NCBI GenBank assembly: GCA_035297365.1
Contig: DATGZA010000062.1
Span: forward strand, 10,225-74,224
Length of the DNA stretch: 64,000 nt
Source of the DNA: Nitrososphaeraceae archaeon
Lineage (GTDB): Archaea > Thermoproteota > Nitrososphaeria > Nitrososphaerales > Nitrososphaeraceae
Direction of reading: 5' to 3'
Both the position numbers and the translations under genes were made by a program. Positions 62,120-64,000 of this stretch are shown here, piece by piece. Position 1 is the stretch's first letter; each line of letters begins with the position of its first letter. Below the pieces are notes generated by a model that saw only the letters and a list, made by a program, of their open reading frames with translations, ran no database searches and was not told the origin of the DNA.

Positions 62120-63070
62120 ATGTGGAAAGTAATGATGCCTAAAAAAATAGTTTTTGGGGCAAATGCTGCAAAGGAGTTTGAATATCCAAAAAATTCTTTG
62201 ATTATTACTACTACTAGCCCAGAAATTTATGAGAAATGGACAGAGTACATGGGAATAACAAATTACGAGATTTATGATAAAGTTACTCCGGATCCTTCCA
62301 TTGAAACAATTGAAAAGATAAAGAATGAATTTGAAGGAAAGAATATCTCTACTTATGTCGGACTTGGTGGTGGCAGCTCTATGGATGTCTGTAAATATCT
62401 TAGTAAATTGACAGGTGTCCCAAAGATTCTCATTCCGACGACATTTGGAACGGGAGCAGAAATGACTACGTATGCTGTAGTAAGCTTTAGTCACAAGAAA
62501 AAACTCTTACAGGATGAAGCCTTTCTGGCTGATACGGCAATAGTTGATCCGTACTTTCTACCAGGAACACCATTTAATATCATGAGAAATTCAGCTTGCG
62601 ATGCTGCTGCTCAAGCTTCTGAAGGATACGATAGCAAAATTGGAAATCCATTTACAAGATTTTTCTGTAAAGAGGCATTTGATATACTTGAAGATGCAAT
62701 AATGAATGACAAACCTGATCTTCTTCCATATGGCGCTATGCTGTCGGGAATTGGTTTTGGTAACTCTTCTACAACTTTGGGACATGCACTTTCATACGTA
62801 TTTTCTAATGAAGGTGTACCACATGGCTATTCTCTATCTTCTTGTACTACAGTAGCACACAAATTTAACAACTCTATTTTCTATGAAAGATTCAAGAAAA
62901 TATGTCAAAAGCTAAAATTCGAACCTCTTACTTTAAAACAACGACTTGACGAGGCAGGTGACGTCATCATGCCAGACAGAGGTCATCTTGATAACAATCC
63001 AATAGAAGTTACAAAGGAGGACATTATCAAGTGTCTAGACGAGATTGTGAATAAAAATCCTCTAGCATGA
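62120..63070 (+). CDS. Fe-ADH family enzyme, probable malonic semialdehyde reductase of the thaumarchaeal 3HP/4HB cycle
   Basis: GLGGGSSMD, IPTTFGTGAEMTTY, STTLGHALSYVFSNEGVPHGYSLSSCTTVAHK; strongly recalls Nitrosopumilus Nmar_1110. Confidence 0.85.
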   Translation: MWKVMMPKKIVFGANAAKEFEYPKNSLIITTTSPEIYEKWTEYMGITNYEIYDKVTPDPSIETIEKIKNEFEGKNISTYVGLGGGSSMDVCKYLSKLTGVPKILIPTTFGTGAEMTTYAVVSFSHKKKLLQDEAFLADTAIVDPYFLPGTPFNIMRNSACDAAAQASEGYDSKIGNPFTRFFCKEAFDILEDAIMNDKPDLLPYGAMLSGIGFGNSSTTLGHALSYVFSNEGVPHGYSLSSCTTVAHKFNNSIFYERFKKICQKLKFEPLTLKQRLDEAGDVIMPDRGHLDNNPIEVTKEDIIKCLDEIVNKNPLA

Positions 63071-63223
63071 TTTTTTACTTTCATTTCCCTATAAAGGATT
63101 CATAGTTATTAACATTGTAAAGGATATAATAAAAAAAGTAAATTGTAAATCTGTTTTAATATAATAATATCAGTTAAGAAACCTTTAAATTCATAATATT
63201 GAATATCAAGTCCAGATAGCGTT

Positions 63224-63823
63224 ATGACTACAACCATAAACAAGTCGATAACAATTAACTCTCCAGTTAGCGAAGTTTTCACGTATTTTGCTCGTCCTGA
63301 ACATATGGCTGATCAGTTTCCAGAAAACATGGGACTTAATGTTATTCCAATTGAAGTAAAAAATGGTTTTGGTATAGGGACGATTTTTAGAATAAGTGGC
63401 GATTTCGATGGTAAAAAATTAGAATGGGATTGTGAAACCATTGACTATATTCCACATAGAAAGATCGTAGCAAAAATGATTGAAGGTCCATTCAAAAAAT
63501 GGAAAATAGAGGTAGATTTTGAAGAAATTGGCGAAAAGACAACAAAAACAGGGATTAAGGTTGACTATGATATGCCAATGGGTCCATTAGGTGGATTTCT
63601 TGATAAAGTAAAGCTAAAGAAAATTGCAGAGAGGGGAATTGAGAATGGGTTGTATAGAGTCAAAGCTTTGTTGGAAGGAACAGGTTCAATTCCAGTATAT
63701 ATTACACTTGATGCATATCGCCAGATCTTGAAAGAGAAACAAAGACTGAATTGTTCCGTTTCTGATACTATTCTAAAATTGTTTGAGAACCAAAAACAAG
63801 AAACTGCCCAACAAACAGCATAA
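63224..63823 (+). CDS. SRPBCC/START-fold protein with C-terminal RHH-like extension
   Basis: SITINSPVSEVF, GPFKKW, VDYDMPMGPLG; extra tail VYITLDAYRQILKEK..LNCSVSDTILKL. Confidence 0.8.
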   Translation: MTTTINKSITINSPVSEVFTYFARPEHMADQFPENMGLNVIPIEVKNGFGIGTIFRISGDFDGKKLEWDCETIDYIPHRKIVAKMIEGPFKKWKIEVDFEEIGEKTTKTGIKVDYDMPMGPLGGFLDKVKLKKIAERGIENGLYRVKALLEGTGSIPVYITLDAYRQILKEKQRLNCSVSDTILKLFENQKQETAQQTA

Positions 63824-63928
63824 AAGCTCTTTTTTGTTTTTATCTTTTTAATTTTTCTGATAAGTCCCTCCAAATTTTACGTACACTTTGTGTTTTTCCA
63901 TTATGTCAACGCATCTGCAATATAATAT

Positions 63929-63976
63929 TACTCGGAGTAACTCCGAGTAGGGTTGAGTAACTCAGTCTAGGAGTAA
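63929..63976. repeat. Phased GAGTA / GAGTAACTC palindromic array
   Basis: TACTCGGAGT-A-ACTCCGAGTA (63929-63949), TGAGT-A-ACTCA (63954-63964); GAGTA at 63935, 63945, 63955, 63971. Confidence 0.75.
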
Positions 63977-64000
63977 ATCTGTTGTCTAGAATAAATTCAC

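Overview
AT-rich archaeal chromosomal DNA from an ammonia-oxidising thaumarchaeon (Nitrososphaeraceae, Nitrosocosmicus-like; inferred from gene content, frequent TTG/GTG starts and long AT-rich spacers). Core genes: glmM/pmm, rpl7ae-rps28e-rpl24e-ndk-infB, hflX, trxA, archease, hisS, sdhACDB, DUF59, argH, a DUF354/WbpA-like/WbpD-like/Trm112/WbpB-like/ilvE cluster, alba, htrA, pspAB/pspAA/pspA, lhgO-like, a kinase-cca-thpR operon, a CdvB/ESCRT-III paralogue, malonic semialdehyde reductase and an SRPBCC protein. There are three tRNAs: Leu(TAG) with two introns, Gln(TTG) with a D-stem intron at 10/11, and Pro(CGG). An accessory region of about 12 kb (43.6-55.4 kb) at the 3' end of tRNA-Pro holds several pseudogenes and an IS6-like remnant/MITE. 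It also holds the best candidate for an undescribed system: a CarH-like cobalamin-binding regulator with a non-MerR N-terminal domain, a recurring (A/G)GCACTATG motif in its own and neighbouring promoters, and the UV-damage endonuclease UvsE. Together these suggest a B12-dependent light/UV regulon in an archaeon. All calls come from reading the sequence; no searches were run.
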